DNA of 64,000 nucleotides from Octopus bimaculoides (Eukaryota), in assembly GCF_001194135.2 (NCBI RefSeq), contig NC_069001.1:38662277-38726276 (forward strand). Reading direction: 5' to 3'. This document shows, in pieces, positions 47,069 to 61,194 of the stretch. The notes under the pieces are model-generated. The model saw only the letters and a list, made by a program, of their open reading frames with translations, made no database searches and had not been told where the DNA came from. A program made the translations under genes and the position numbers. The stretch's first letter is position 1. Each line of letters begins with the position of its first letter.

Positions 47069-47854
47069 TAGGAAAATGAAGAATAGGGCAGAATGCTAAA
47101 CTGGAAGCATATTTTAATAAAAATTTCTAACCGGCTTTCATTGCGAAGCAAATTTTCAAGAAGAGGGAGAATGAAAATGTTTTTTAGAAAGAAGTACAAA
47201 ATGAAGAAAATAATATATAAAAAAATAAATATACCAATGCATTATATTGTCTTTGAGCTTTTGAAGTTCAATGGTAGTTCATGTATATAATGGTTGGAAA
47301 AATAAGGATGCATAATAATTGAGAGTTGTGTTAGGTTTAAAAAAAGGGTTAAAAGTTTGTGTTAAGCAGGAAGTGTGGTGTCAAAACAGGAAGTGTGTGT
47401 ANNNNNNNNNNNNNNNNNNNNNNNNNNNNNNNNNNNNNNNNNNNNNNNNNNNNNNNNNNNNNNNNNNNNNNNNNNNNNNNNNNNNNNNNNNNNNNNNNNN
47501 NNNNNNNNNNNNNNNAACTTTTAACCCTTTTTTTAAACCTAACACAACTCTCAACTCTCATGCATCCTTATTTTTCCAACCATTATATACATGAACTACC
47601 ATTGAACTTCAAAAGCTCAAAGACAATATAATGCATTGGTATATTTATTTTTTTATACATTATTTTTTTTATATATTATTTTCTTCATTTTGTACTTCTT
47701 TGTAAAAAACATTTTCATTCTCGTTCTTGAAAATTTGCTTCGCAATGAAAGCCGGTTAGAAATCTTTATTAAAATATGCTTCCAGTTTAGCATTCTGCCT
47801 TATTCTTCATTTTCCTATTATTTCTCCACGTGCAATTAACACAACCCCCACTAT
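47069..47854. mobile_element. Foldback / long-TIR element with about 290-bp inverted arms flanking an N-gap
   Basis: 47069-47358 is the reverse complement of 47516-~47818. A third copy of the arm is at 29440-29783, also abutting a gap. Confidence 0.88.
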
Positions 47855-49323
47855 CATCTACAGCTTGTTGCCCACCACACTCACCAGATTTTAGTTCCTT
47901 ATTTTTTAAACAGAGAGTCATGTTCAAAAGTGTAGATTACAATTACAATGAGAAAAGAAAATAATTAGCTTGGTGTTTTGGATCACTGTTCTCACTTGCA
48001 ATGTTGTTACACCAACTTTTTCCATTTTGTCTTTGTTCTCATATTTCTATGTTTGAACCATCACCCTTATGTAAACTACACCCTTGGAAAACCTATTTCT
48101 CTAAAATGTCGCTTACAAAGAGCTAAGAGGGCACAAAATTAGGAGGAGCGGGTAAAATGACCCAAAACTCCTCACCCACACACACACCATTTTTTTTTTT
48201 AACATTCTCAATATAATCGTAATCTACAGCAATGGTTCTCAACAAGGGTCCAAAAATTGTGTTTACTCGTTTTCATTACTAAATAGAGGTCCAAATGTCC
48301 CAAAAATTTGTACTGCACTGCCGAAGGTAAGTATGAAAATAAATATGCAAAAAAAAATTAAGATAAAATATACTATTTCTGAGATATGTCAGGAACAGAC
48401 AAACATCCTTAGAGTTTTAGTATTAAGACATGGGTGTTTTGGTCCAGTGGCAGAAAGTCTGTCATATTCACAGGAGCTGTGGGTTTGAACCCCACAGGCA
48501 GCTTTTGACTTGTGTTATCCAAAGGGTTTTCATCCCATTATTTGCACACTATCATTTATATAGCTTTATCTGCTTTGAGTTAAACCGTTTAAAAAAAGAA
48601 TTACATTCACACAAATGCACGCACACAGTGCATGTCAACTGCTAGTGTCTACATGTTGAAATGTTGAAAGCTGCGACATTTACGTCCATCCATCACAGTC
48701 AGGACTCTTATTTACAGATGTGATGTCGTAGTTGATATTGACTTCAGTGTTATAATTAGTGGCATTGTAATTAACACACCAGACCACAATTAGCTCCCTA
48801 CCAGGCAGTCAGTCATAGAGATTTAGAATAAACAGTATTTTCTCAATACATCTGCAACAACTTTAAATGGTTTCTCCATTTATCACTGCCATCTCTTTAA
48901 ACTCCATCTTCTCTGTGTTGGTTGGACAGCTCAGTCATGTGACAGGTAACCAACATCAGCTGTGACATCAAGTCATCATATGGTTCTGAGTTCAATCTCA
49001 CTGTACTGCATTTTGACCAAGGGCCATCTAACATAACCACGGGTCAACCTGGAAACTGTGTCTAAGCCTATTGTTAGATGGTAGGTTTAATCTTCCCCCT
49101 AGTTTATCCCCCCACCACCACCTGGCCGTTGGGTAGCTTTAATAGAGTCCACCCTGTTGCAGACATTCTCACCTAACCAATGGTTTGACAAGAATGCAGG
49201 GGTCACAGGATCTTCTCTCTGCTCAGCCCATCTTGAAGGCTTTATACAAAGTCATGTATTCTACCTTTTCTGTCAAAAATTAAATGACTCACCATCCATT
49301 CACATCACGTCTATATATAGTAC

Positions 49324-49388
<65 letters not shown>

Positions 49389-49583
49389 CATACACACACA
49401 CACACACATCAGCTGTAGTGTCTATATATAGTAGCTGTCTCATGTACATCAGCTGTAGTCTCTCTCTCTCTCTCAACTATATACACACACACATTATATA
49501 AACTGTCCCACCCATGCTAGCATGGAAAGCAAAAGTTAAACGATGGTGATGATGATGATATATATATATATATAGTTATCTTT

Positions 49584-49639
<56 letters not shown>

Positions 49640-50299
49640 TGTATGTATATATATGCACCGACTGTACTGTGAATATAGTCATCTGTCCTATATACACATC
49701 AACTGACAACTGATGTCTTTCGTAATGAGATCACTTCTGCTGCAACAAGTTAACATTAAACCTACACCAGTCAGTTGATCACATTATAACACAGACTTCC
49801 TTGACAGCCTTACTTTACTCTACCACCAAAATTTATCTAGAACCTCCTCTCACAGCCTCTACTCCACTCCACATCTATATAGAAGCTGCACTCAGTCTCT
49901 ATTCCATAACTAAGTCTATTGAAGTTCTGTTAATTAACTCTCTTCCATCACCAAGTGTGCAGCATGATAGAAACGGGGTACCTGAGGTACTCTGTTCTAG
50001 TTAGATATGACAATCAGAGATCAGACCCTCCACAGTAACAACAAAGTCCTTAATTAGTCCATTACATAATTAATTACCCTTAAAAAACTAGGTCATGTTG
50101 TATAGAGACAGATGGAGAAATAAGATGGGTGAGGAATTAGAAATACTAATTAATTCCATAATGATTCTACATACAAATTGACGAGTAATTTGTTGCATAT
50201 TTAGTTTTATATCGGATTGTGAGAGAGAGAGAGAGAATGAAAGAGAGACTGTATGTGCATGTGGAGGGGGGAAGAGAGTATATGATTGACTATGTGCAC

Positions 50300-50357
<58 letters not shown>

Positions 50358-50373
50358 AAGAGANNNNNNNNNN

Positions 50374-50443
<70 letters not shown>

Positions 50444-51075
50444 TATGTGTGTGTGTGTGTGTGTGATTTATTAACATTATAAAATTAGACAAGAAGCCAA
50501 GAGTATAAGCAATAAATAAAAGCCTATGCCTACCTCAGTTGTGAATATACCAAACACCATGTGTAAATCAAAGAATTTGGGGGGTAGAATAAGGTCCACG
50601 TTAAGGTTCCAACAACCTGAAGGAGAAGACAACAGTAATATATTAAAATACAAGAACATTTAGTGAAGGGGTTAGTTTGAAAGGCTGGGAAACAAGAAAG
50701 AGAGGAGGGAGGTTTTCAAAGAGTAATTTTGTTGTTATTTAACCTTGTGTTGGACCTGGCTGAGTAAATCCATGGTCAGAAATATGCCACCCATCACCAT
50801 CCTGTATTTTCTTTCTCTAGACTCTGTGAATCTATTATTGTTAGATAGGTTCCCTCAAGAGAGTAGTGATGCGAGACAAGGCAGCTTTAATTGTTATTTC
50901 TAGCACTCATTATGCCACCAACTAGTTTCCCTCCCTGCCTCCATGACTGAGCTGCTCCTTCCATGGCTTGCCCAGCTGATCCACAAAACTCACCTGAAAC
51001 ATGGGGGCCACTGGATCAGACTAACTCAGATGTAAACAACAACAAATCTAAGGACCATCATCTGCAGGCTCTTAC

Positions 51076-51110
<35 letters not shown>

Positions 51111-51231
51111 GCACACACACACACACGCACACACACACACACAATCTAAACATAATTGCCACCATTGCTAGATCCCTTATGTAACAATAGGTGGAATCAC
51201 TGTAATCCTGTTGTTGTTGTTGTTGCTGACC

Positions 51232-51262
<31 letters not shown>

Positions 51263-51606
51263 CACGCACATTGAAGTTCTCCTCACCTATTTCTTACGTC
51301 CTAATTTTACCTGTTGTAATGTCACCAACAATCTGAGATTGAGATAAAACAGGATAATGACAATACATCACACCTGACAACAAATAGACTGTATGCACTA
51401 AACACACACACATACACAATATACACATAAGTGTGTGTGTGTGTGCGAGTGTGTATGTGTGCCAATAAATCCCTTCACACAGTTTAACCCTTCAGTATTT
51501 AAACCAGCCATATCCAGCCCAAATATCCTACCTGCTCCATGTTAAAACTATCCAGATTTGGCATCTCACACCTACCCTACAATGTCATTCTAAAACTATC
51601 CTCTCT

Positions 51607-54066
51607 ACTGTAGGCACAAGGCCTGAAATTTAGTGGGGTGGGTGGCTAGTTGATTACATTGGGTTCCCAGTGTTCAACTGGTGCCTATTTCATCAACAAC
51701 TGCAAAAGGATGAAAGGCAAAGCCAGCTTCAGCAGAATTTGAACTCAGAACACAAGGGCAGACGAAATGCTGTCATTCTAAAGAGATACAATCACATCAT
51801 TGAAATCTTAAAGTTACAAGATGATAATCCATGATGAATTCAAAACAAATGTGAATAAAGCAGTATTACATTTGACAGAGAAATCTGAATGCTGAGGGGT
51901 TAAACAAGTCTTGTGCTTACAGAGCATATTTAATCCCAGTAACTGTAAGCAACAAACTAAAGGTGATAGCCTCTTCTTGCCACCAGAGGGCACTGTGCCA
52001 CCTTCCACCTTTGACCAAACCATGCAAGAAACTTCAGCAGGTTCTTACAATGATCCAATGCTCTTTGGTGCTTCCTTACTTTCAAGATTTTAACCCAGAA
52101 ATGACTTCATTGTAGTCAAAGAAAATATATTTCTATAAGTCTCATTCAGTCAAGAATGTTGCTGTTGTTTACGCCTCATGATCAAAGACATCTCTATATT
52201 TGATATTTGGCTGCTATTTCTAACAGGCCAATGTGACCTGTCAACAGACAGACAGACCAAAACTAATTTACTTCATCTACAATAACAAAAATAATTATCA
52301 GATGAGAGATAATGATTTTAAACATCAATTATCTTCAAACAGGAAATATTACTATCTCCCCGCAGCCTGGTACCTCTTAGAGCTAACGAGGGAGCCTTTA
52401 TGCAGTTGTCATTTGATCTGTTGAAAACAGCAGCCAAATCTCCCTCAATGGACATTACTGTCTCAAGTTGTAGGACTCGTAAGAGCTGGTTACCCATTTT
52501 GCACCTGAGATCCCATTTCCCTGCATGAGATGCCAGTCCATTGCAGAGTGACTCATCCACAGTTGAGTCAGCTGGGGCAATGTGAAATGAAGAGTTTTGC
52601 TCAAGAACACAACACACTGTCCAGTCCAGGAATTGAAGCCACACACGTGATCACGAGAGCAACACCTTAGCCTCCAGGAATGATGCCTTCAAACCATTAT
52701 CTTAATAATGCAGGCGGGGGTTGGTATAAGCAACTAGCCCCTCCCCTCAAAATTTTAGGTCTTGTAAAAAGGATTGCTGGATAAAATGCTTCATGGCATT
52801 TCTTCTCGTTTCAGGTCAATAAGTAGCAGTTGCACTCGGGGGTCAACGCAATTGATTCTCCCTCCCTTCAAAGTTGCTGGCTTTGTGCCAAAATTAGAAA
52901 CAATCAGTTATTATTATTATTATAATGTTTTTTTATTTTATTATTAATCACCAGCATCAAGTTGGAAAAGATGAAAGGTTTTTGATGAGACAGTAAATGA
53001 TTAAATCCAGCAGATTAAGTGATTAAAAGATGAGAAAGAGAGAGAGAGAGAGAGAGAGGGGATTAAGATTTTAGTTGATGTGAGTAATGTCAGTTATTAA
53101 TAGAATGAGGTAGAAAAAAAAAAAAAAAATTGGGAAGTAAACAGCATCTTCTATTTATTTATTCATTCATTCATTACAACACCTCAACGTAAACAATATC
53201 ATCAATACTCTCCATTTATGCAGAGGGTGAAGGACCCAGTAATAAACTGGGAGAGAAGTGGGTCACAGATTGGAATTTAGAACAAAAAGGACAAACGAAA
53301 TGGCACTAAACATTCTGTCCAGCATGCTAATGGTTCTGCCAGTTAGCCACCATAATAATAATAATAATACAATGTTTTAATCCTTTCTATTAGAGGCACG
53401 AGGCCTGAAATTTGGAGGAGGGGGATAGTTGATTACATCGACCCCAGTACTCAACTTATTGACCCCGTAAGGATGAAAGGTAAAGTTGACCTCAGCAGAA
53501 TTTGAACTGAGAACGTAGTGACAGGTGAATTACGGCTAAGCATTTTGTCCAGCGAGCCACCATGATAATAATAATAATAATAATAATAATAAGGGTTTCA
53601 AATTTGAGAAAAAGGCCATCAATTTCAAGAGGAAGAGCAAAAGTCGCCTACATCAGCCCCAGTGCTCAACTGGTATTTTAATTTACTGACCCCGATAGGC
53701 TTGAAAGGCAAAGTGACCCCATTTGAGCTCCGAATGTAAAGAGTCAGAAGAAAGGCTTCTAAGCGTTTTCTTCTTCTCGACACACAATTCAGCGAACCGT
53801 TTTATAATGGTTTCAAATTATGGCACAAGGCCTGCAATTTCAGGGGGAAAGGAGGAGTTGATTACATCAATGCCAGTTCTTGATATTTTATTAATCCATA
53901 AAAAAAGGTGAAACTGTTTCATCAATCCTCAAAGGATGAAGGTCGACATTGGTGGAATTTGAAATCGGAATGTAAAGTTGGAAGAAATGCTGTAAAGCAT
54001 TTTACCTGATCTGCTAACGAGTCTGGCAGCTTGCCATCTTTTTTTTTAATATTTGATGTCTGATTA

Positions 54067-54119
<53 letters not shown>

Positions 54120-54221
54120 CATACATACATATACATACATACACACACACATACATACACACACACACATATATATATATATACATACATACACACACAC
54201 ATACATACATACACACACACA

Positions 54222-54263
<42 letters not shown>

Positions 54264-55470
54264 CACACCATCATAAACTAACCAAAAGTGAAGAAACTGT
54301 GTAATACCTAGGTGTGTGTATTAATGAAATTGTACATTATAAGCACCCAAATTAAACAAGAATAAAAACAAAAACATACGTAGCACATTCATTCTAGACT
54401 TAATTTTATATTGTTTTTCACACACACACACACACACAGTTGCTTGTGTTTTATCTCTAAATTTACATAAAGACAAAGATTAATAAAAGAAGCACTCAAT
54501 ACAGAAAAGCCAAAGTAGAAGTATGGTGTATATTTTCACGCAGCTATTGTATATAAGCAAGCAATATAACTGAGTCATAGGTTTGGTTATATAATGAGCT
54601 GATACGACCGACTGGTTAATGGTGAGGGCAAGTTGTTGCTGGTGATAGAAATGCTGTTTCTAAGGTTACATTGAAAACCTCAGCAGATGTGGATTGTGAA
54701 TATTATCAGGTTGTGATTATCAGTCGCTTAATAAACTAGCAGCAAGACACAAAATAATGGAAATAGTGACGATACGGAACAGAAGGTCGTAAGACAAAAA
54801 TGCGTGCGTGTGTGTGTGTGTGTGTGTGTGAAACAGAACAAAAGCATAAATGAGCAGAGAACGGACATCAAATCAGATTATGACACATTTATACTTATAC
54901 AACATATAGACAAAAAACAAATACATATTTTGATATTTATCTATAATATAGCAGTAGTGAAATATATCAATAATATATTTCACATATTGCAAACATTGTA
55001 ACAGCCGTGAACAGCTTAGCTAAGGGCAAAACTCAGAGTAGACTGTCAACCCTGAAATAAGCGTTTTATGTGTGAGTGTCTATATCATTCATTAGTGATT
55101 GGTGTTTATTTATATATAACAATTAATAATATAATATACACACACACACAAAATATTTATTATATATATATATACATATTATGACGATAATAATAATAAT
55201 GGTTTCAAGTTTTGCCACAAGGGCAGCAAATTTTGGGAGAGGGGATGAGTCGATCACATTGACCCCCATGTTCAACTGGTACTTTATTGACCCCGAAAGG
55301 ATGAAAGGCAAAGTTGACCTCGGCAGAATTTGAACTCAGAACTTAGTGACAGGTGAAAAACCGCTAAGCATTTCACCCAGCAATTCTGTCAGCTCACTGC
55401 CTTAATAATAATAATTTCAAATTTTGCCACAAGGGTAGCAATGTTGGGGGACGGGACAAGATGAATGGAA
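51607..55470 (-). repeat. Cluster of at least six copies of one tRNA-headed SINE family
   Basis: Repeated GGCACAAGGCCTGAAATTT...ATCGACCCC...GGATGAAAGGCAAAG..GACC...GAATTTGAACT at about 51607, 53395, 53600, 53780, 55200 and 55420; an inverted copy at about 52780-52900; a further copy at about 19885-20040. Confidence 0.85.
51977..51995 (+). promoter_or_regulatory. CTCF-like motif TTGCCACCAGAGGGCACTG
   Basis: Close match to the bilaterian CTCF core CCACCAGRKGGCRC; motif match only. Confidence 0.45.
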
Positions 55471-55497
55471 CCCTCTAACCATGGGCTGCATGCTTTC

Positions 55498-55532
<35 letters not shown>

Positions 55533-56867
55533 NNNNNNNNNNNNNNNNNNNNNNNNNNNNNNNNNNNNNNNNNNNNNNNNNNNNNNNNNNNNNNNNNNNN
55601 NNNNNNNNNNNNNNNNNNNNNNNNNNNNNNNNNNNNNNNNNNNNNNNNNNNNNNNNNNNNNNNNNNNNNNNNNNNNNNNNNNNNNNNNNNNNNNNNNNNN
55701 NTATATATATATATATATATATATATAGTCATTTCTTTGTGTGTGTCTAAGACAAATTCATGTCACACAACTGCAAAAGAGTTAACCAAAAAGCACATGC
55801 GCATGCACACACACACAGGTACATCTGCATACACATTAAATACACCAGACACAAGCAAAGAACATAGTTTGACAGAGGGTGGGGAGGGGGGTCTGCTGCA
55901 CTTTAACACTGCATCAGCTGACAATGAGAGAAATCGAGCAAAATTAAATGACTAATTGAATTTCGTTTAATCAACGAAATAGTAGTAATAGTAGCAGTAG
56001 CAGCAACAACAATAAAGGCATACTATGCAGTTGCTAGAGCTGTTAGAAACAGCAGCTAAATCTCCCTCAGACTACACTATTAACTAAATTAAGGACACAC
56101 TGACTACTATGACTTCAGATACACTATTCCTAGGTTGAGTGGTCATAGTTGACCGATGGTTAAATAACAGCCATGAAAAGGCAGAGAAAGATGTTGATGG
56201 CTGGGTGGGGGATTGAAGAGTAGGTTGACAGGGGTAGTAAACCCTTCTCTATCCAGGGTGGAAGAAATGTGTGTGTGTGTGTGTGTGTGATAGTATGGTG
56301 GGTATTACAGAACAACTACTACAACATGACCACTACAGACACCAGTACTATTACAACTACTAACAGTACCAATCTTACTATGACATCACCAAAGACTGGT
56401 GTCCTTGGATACATTTGTTACTGTTAATTCCTAATTCCCTCCCAGGGGCACCCCGTCTAACTCTTCTGTTGTACAGTTGGCTTTAATAGATGCCACAATA
56501 TGACGACAATGTATCAGAGAAATCTCTAACAACCAACCCCCAACCACTGCTGCTGCTGCACGGCAACAAGGTAGCAACAGTGAAGAGAAGACTTTTATAG
56601 GACACAACAGTGAATTGTTGTTAACAACAGCAAAGAAAAAAAGAAAAGAAGAAGCCCCCCCACCATCCAAGATAATGCTGCTGCTGTTGTTAATGATGAT
56701 GTTAATAATAGTAATTTATTTACGACAAAAAGCACAACAAAGCTACAAATGAAATACAATCAGCGCAAATAATACAGCACAAATGATATACATTAGGCCA
56801 TGTGTGTATGCGTGGTTTAAATGTATGTAGATAGATATATATATATATAAATACACACACGCATTTG

Positions 56868-57450
56868 TGGATGGACAGTTTAAATGGAGGCTGTTTGTGA
56901 TTGAGAAGCTTTCGAATCCTGTAACTAAGGTAAACGAAAAGAGAGAAACCTGAAACTTGATTTATTTGTCACAAGACGGAGCTATGTCCATTCAATGCGT
57001 CCTCCATCCAACAGAACGGACTGAATATGGAAGGGAATGGCCGCAACAGTTGTGCCTTCCTCATGGCACAATTTGGTACAGTGACAATGCTGTGTGGTGT
57101 TGAGGTGGACTTCTTCTCAATGATACCCCACAACCAAAAGTTACAGGGGTTTAGATCAGGTAAGATCTAGGACCAACTGTCCTCAGAGACAAACGGTGGT
57201 AGGTTTACGCCTTGAAACACACTTTGAATAATCTTGGTGCTTTGGTGCAAATTCACATACAAACATGACCCTATTCAGATGTTGAGGTTTTGTAATTCCT
57301 GGCATCAAGAACTTGGTTGAGGATGTTCAAATACTCAACTGTATTTATGTTAAGGTCTGTCCCTTGCAACAGTTCCAAATGCCATCATAATGGTTGGGTT
57401 CCTGCTTCATGGGGCAGCAAGCACTTCAAGCTGCCATGCAAAACTCAAAA
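56868..57450 (-). mobile_element. Second, more decayed maT/DD37D-like transposase relic
   Basis: Frameshifted minus-strand peptides PTIMMAFGTVA, LNINTVEYLNIL, NRVMFV and PDLNPCNFWLWGIIEKKS; TIR-like end near 56868. Confidence 0.72.
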
Positions 57451-57769
57451 ATAAATATCTCAAGGGTTGGGTTGATTATGAATGAAGGTGTCATCATCAT
57501 ATCGCAGCCATAGGGTTGGTTTTAGTGATGTTGATCCTAAAGCCAAATTCTCAAAGTATTCCATGTCTATTTTGGCTACTATTGGTGATAATGGCAAACC
57601 CATAGCTAAGCCCTCTTCTTGTCGATATATATCAGTGTCCAGCTCTTGTCCTTCTCCTCCTCCTCTTCATTCTCAATTAGGGAAAGTGCGTCACAATCAT
57701 ACCAAGCATTTCCCCAAATAGTTTGTCTTCCTGACACACCACCACCTTGCAATCTGGAACACATCAAAT

Positions 57770-57990
57770 TCTCCTGCCACAAACACTGACAAACCTCCAT
57801 CTTTCAGTCTCTTTGTAGTCTCTATACACTTGTCATCATCTAACTTCTCTCTTTTAGTGACATGGTAGTCTTCTTAGCCGCCGCCTTCTATTCTTTCCAG
57901 GACTATCTTTGGCCTTTATGGCTCTATTCACAATGCTATCCCTCCTCCAGGTTACCCTTCATCTAGCTGGTGCCATGCTCCAATCTTCAT
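57770..57990 (-). mobile_element. Possible RTE inter-domain fragment
   Basis: Lys/Arg-rich decayed frame resembling the RTE EN-RT linker; weak. Confidence 0.35.
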
Positions 57991-58515
57991 GCATAGTATG
58001 TATGTATATATAAACACACATAAACGTACAAATTTATTAATAAGAACTGTGTATGTGTATGGGGGTGGTGGTGATACACATTAAATTTATGGTTTATTAT
58101 TAATACAGGCTATATTATTTCTTGTTAATGAAACTTGGTTTTGCTGGGTTTTGGTTTGTATTTGCTATAAACAAGCAGAAGCTATTAACCTCTTTATGAA
58201 CACAAAAAAGAGGTGTTCATTCTGAGACGAAAACAGAAAAATAACTGAAACCTTATTGGATCAATCTTTTTTTTTTTTCTGTCCAAAGAGGAAAAAAAAT
58301 AAAAATTACATTTCACATTATAATTGCCATCACTGTAATGGCCATTTTCCCAATGATGTTCACTGTGGTAGACTTTCTACAGCCAGGTGCACTTCCTGTT
58401 GCCTAACCTCACCTGTTTCCAAGCAAGGTAATATTTCTCCATGACTAGACATGTTTTCAGGAAGACAACTGTCATGCGATATCAAGACAAGGAGAGACAA
58501 ACACACACACACACA

Positions 58516-58580
<65 letters not shown>

Positions 58581-58588
58581 TATATATC

Positions 58589-58623
<35 letters not shown>

Positions 58624-59622
58624 CTATATCTATATATATGTATATGTGAACATATACATATCTATCTTTCAGCTTCCATCGACCAAATTCACTCACAAGG
58701 CTTTGACCAGACCAGAGTCATAGAAGAAACTTGACCAAGGTGCCTGAAACCATGAGGTTGAGAAATAAAACTCTTAACCACATACTTTCCATTACATTTC
58801 AAATTATCTAAATAGTGTGTGCACTTAATATATCAATAACACACACACACATAAAATAATACTAAAGAATATGAAGATATAGACAAACTCTGTAAAAATA
58901 AACCCACATATAGTATGCATACACACACACACACACGTGGCTACAAACTTCCAGTTAGACTGAAAAAACGCCCCATTTCGTAACTTCCTACATAGAATGA
59001 AGATATTTAGAAAAGAAGGAACAGGCCATGCGTGCANNNNNNNNNNNNNNNNNNNNNNNNNNNNNNNNNNNNNNNNNNNNNNNNNNNNNNNNNNNNNNNN
59101 NNNNNNNNNNNNNNNNNNNNNNNNNNNNNNNNNNNNNNNNNNNNNNNNNNNNNNNNNNNNNNNNNNNNNNNNNNNNNNNNNNNNNNNNNNNNNNNNNNNN
59201 NNNNNNNNNNNNNNNNNNNNNNNNNNNNNNNNNNNNNNNNNNNNNNNNNNNNNNNNNNNNNNNNNNNNNNNNNNNNNNNNNNNNNNNNNNNNNNNNNNNN
59301 NNNNNNNNNNNNNNNNNNNNNNNNNNNNNNNNNNNNNNNNNNNNNNNNNNNNNNNNNNNNNNNNNNNNNNNNNNNNNNNNNNNNNNNNNNNNNNNNNNNN
59401 NNNNNNNNNNNNNNNNNNNNNNNNNNNNNNNNNNNNNNNNNNNNNNNNNNNNNNNNNNNNNNNNNNNNNNNNNNNNNNNNNNNNNNNNNNNNNNNNNNNN
59501 NNNNNNNNNNNNNNNNNNNNNNNNNNNNNNNNNNNNNNNNNNNNNNNNNNNNNNNNNNNNNNNNNNNNNNNNNNNNNNNNNNNNNNNNNNNNNNNNNNNN
59601 NNNNNNNNNNNNNNNNNNNNNN

Positions 59623-59671
<49 letters not shown>

Positions 59672-61142
59672 TCATTGTGCTCTAAACGGAACAAATAAAG
59701 TGTGAAAATCCCTAAAACAACCATTTTAAGGAGATGCACAATTGGTGGTGGGGTGGAGCGGGGAAGAAATAGGGGGAAGTTTTATGATGTGTCACTGGGT
59801 TCAACAGTTGTTAACCATGGTAACTAGCAATACTATACAAGATTAACCTGTAAGACAGCATAGAAATACTAGGTTTTATTACAACACACGGGGACAGGAT
59901 TGTTATTTAACCCAGGGCCAGGAGGTTGAGACAAAATATGATCATCAAAAACATTCCATTCATGACCATCCCATCATTTTGTCAGGCAGTGACAAAACTA
60001 CATTACCCAATATGTCCTCTCTCACTCCTTTAGTCCTTTTGTTTTAGAAGGGTCTACTTTGAGGGAGATGTGGTTCCTGCTTCTAACCTTTGATGAGCAA
60101 ACACACATGTAGGTAGTATATACATCTCCACCGTTCCCTGTAGGTAAGCCCTAATACCTGTCTCTGACCGTCTCTCTGTCTTTCTGACTCCTCCCACCTT
60201 CCTCTCATTCCCTGTCCTAGTGGGGGGGGGGGCAACTATCTCTATTATATATTCTAACCTCTTGCCTGGCACCCCACCACTTACCTCAGTGCCACTGCCT
60301 CTCTCATCTGAGAGGCCTTTATCTTGCAAGCTACTTGGTGACCCTGCAGGTGCTGGGCCACATATGAAAGCCCCCAGTACACTTTGTAAAGTGGTTGCTA
60401 TTAGGAAGGGCATCCATCTGTAGAAACCCTGCTAAAACAGAAAATTGGGGCTGGGTGCAGCCCTCTGGCTTGCCAGCTCCTGTCCAACCCACGCCAATAT
60501 GGAAAACGGGCAGCTGATGATGGAGGTATGTTGGATTGTTGGTATGGCTGTAGAATAATATAACAACACATCCGACACACACACAGAGTCAGTAAGTACA
60601 AGAGTAATTCATTTCGTTAAGTGATATGTAAGAACAGACTAAAGAAAATTGAGAAACAGGAGATAAAAAGTATTATTGTATATTTAGCTATCAATGAACA
60701 TGTATTGATTACAAGTTATTATCTTTATAGACACACACACCACACATACATACATTGTTCTCTGGTCAAACGGTTTTTATTGAGCCATCTCTCTATGCCA
60801 TCATGGGTAAAGAGACATTAGACAAGTGTACACACACACACACAAACTGATTCACATTGTTTCATGGTTTTAGGGCCAACCCCGCTGCAGTACGATGGGT
60901 AAAGTATATATCCTTGATCTATTAATGACTTGCTAGTGGAATTAATCAATGGAAACTGTAGGGAAGCCATTCACTTACGTGTGTGTGAGAGAGAGAGAGA
61001 GAGAATGTGGATTCCATGTGTCTTCACTAATGCTGATTGACCATTATTTTCATTCTCCAGTAACTTTTGTCAGACAAATGCCAACCGGACATAACATATG
61101 ATGACGACAATGTGTATATATACACACACAATCAACACTGAC

Positions 61143-61194
<52 letters not shown>

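Noticed and set aside
50088-50492. Low-complexity ORFs (SLSL, RERE, HTHT, CVCV, YIYI) here and throughout
   Set aside because: Translations of (CT)n, (AG)n, (CA)n and (TA)n microsatellites
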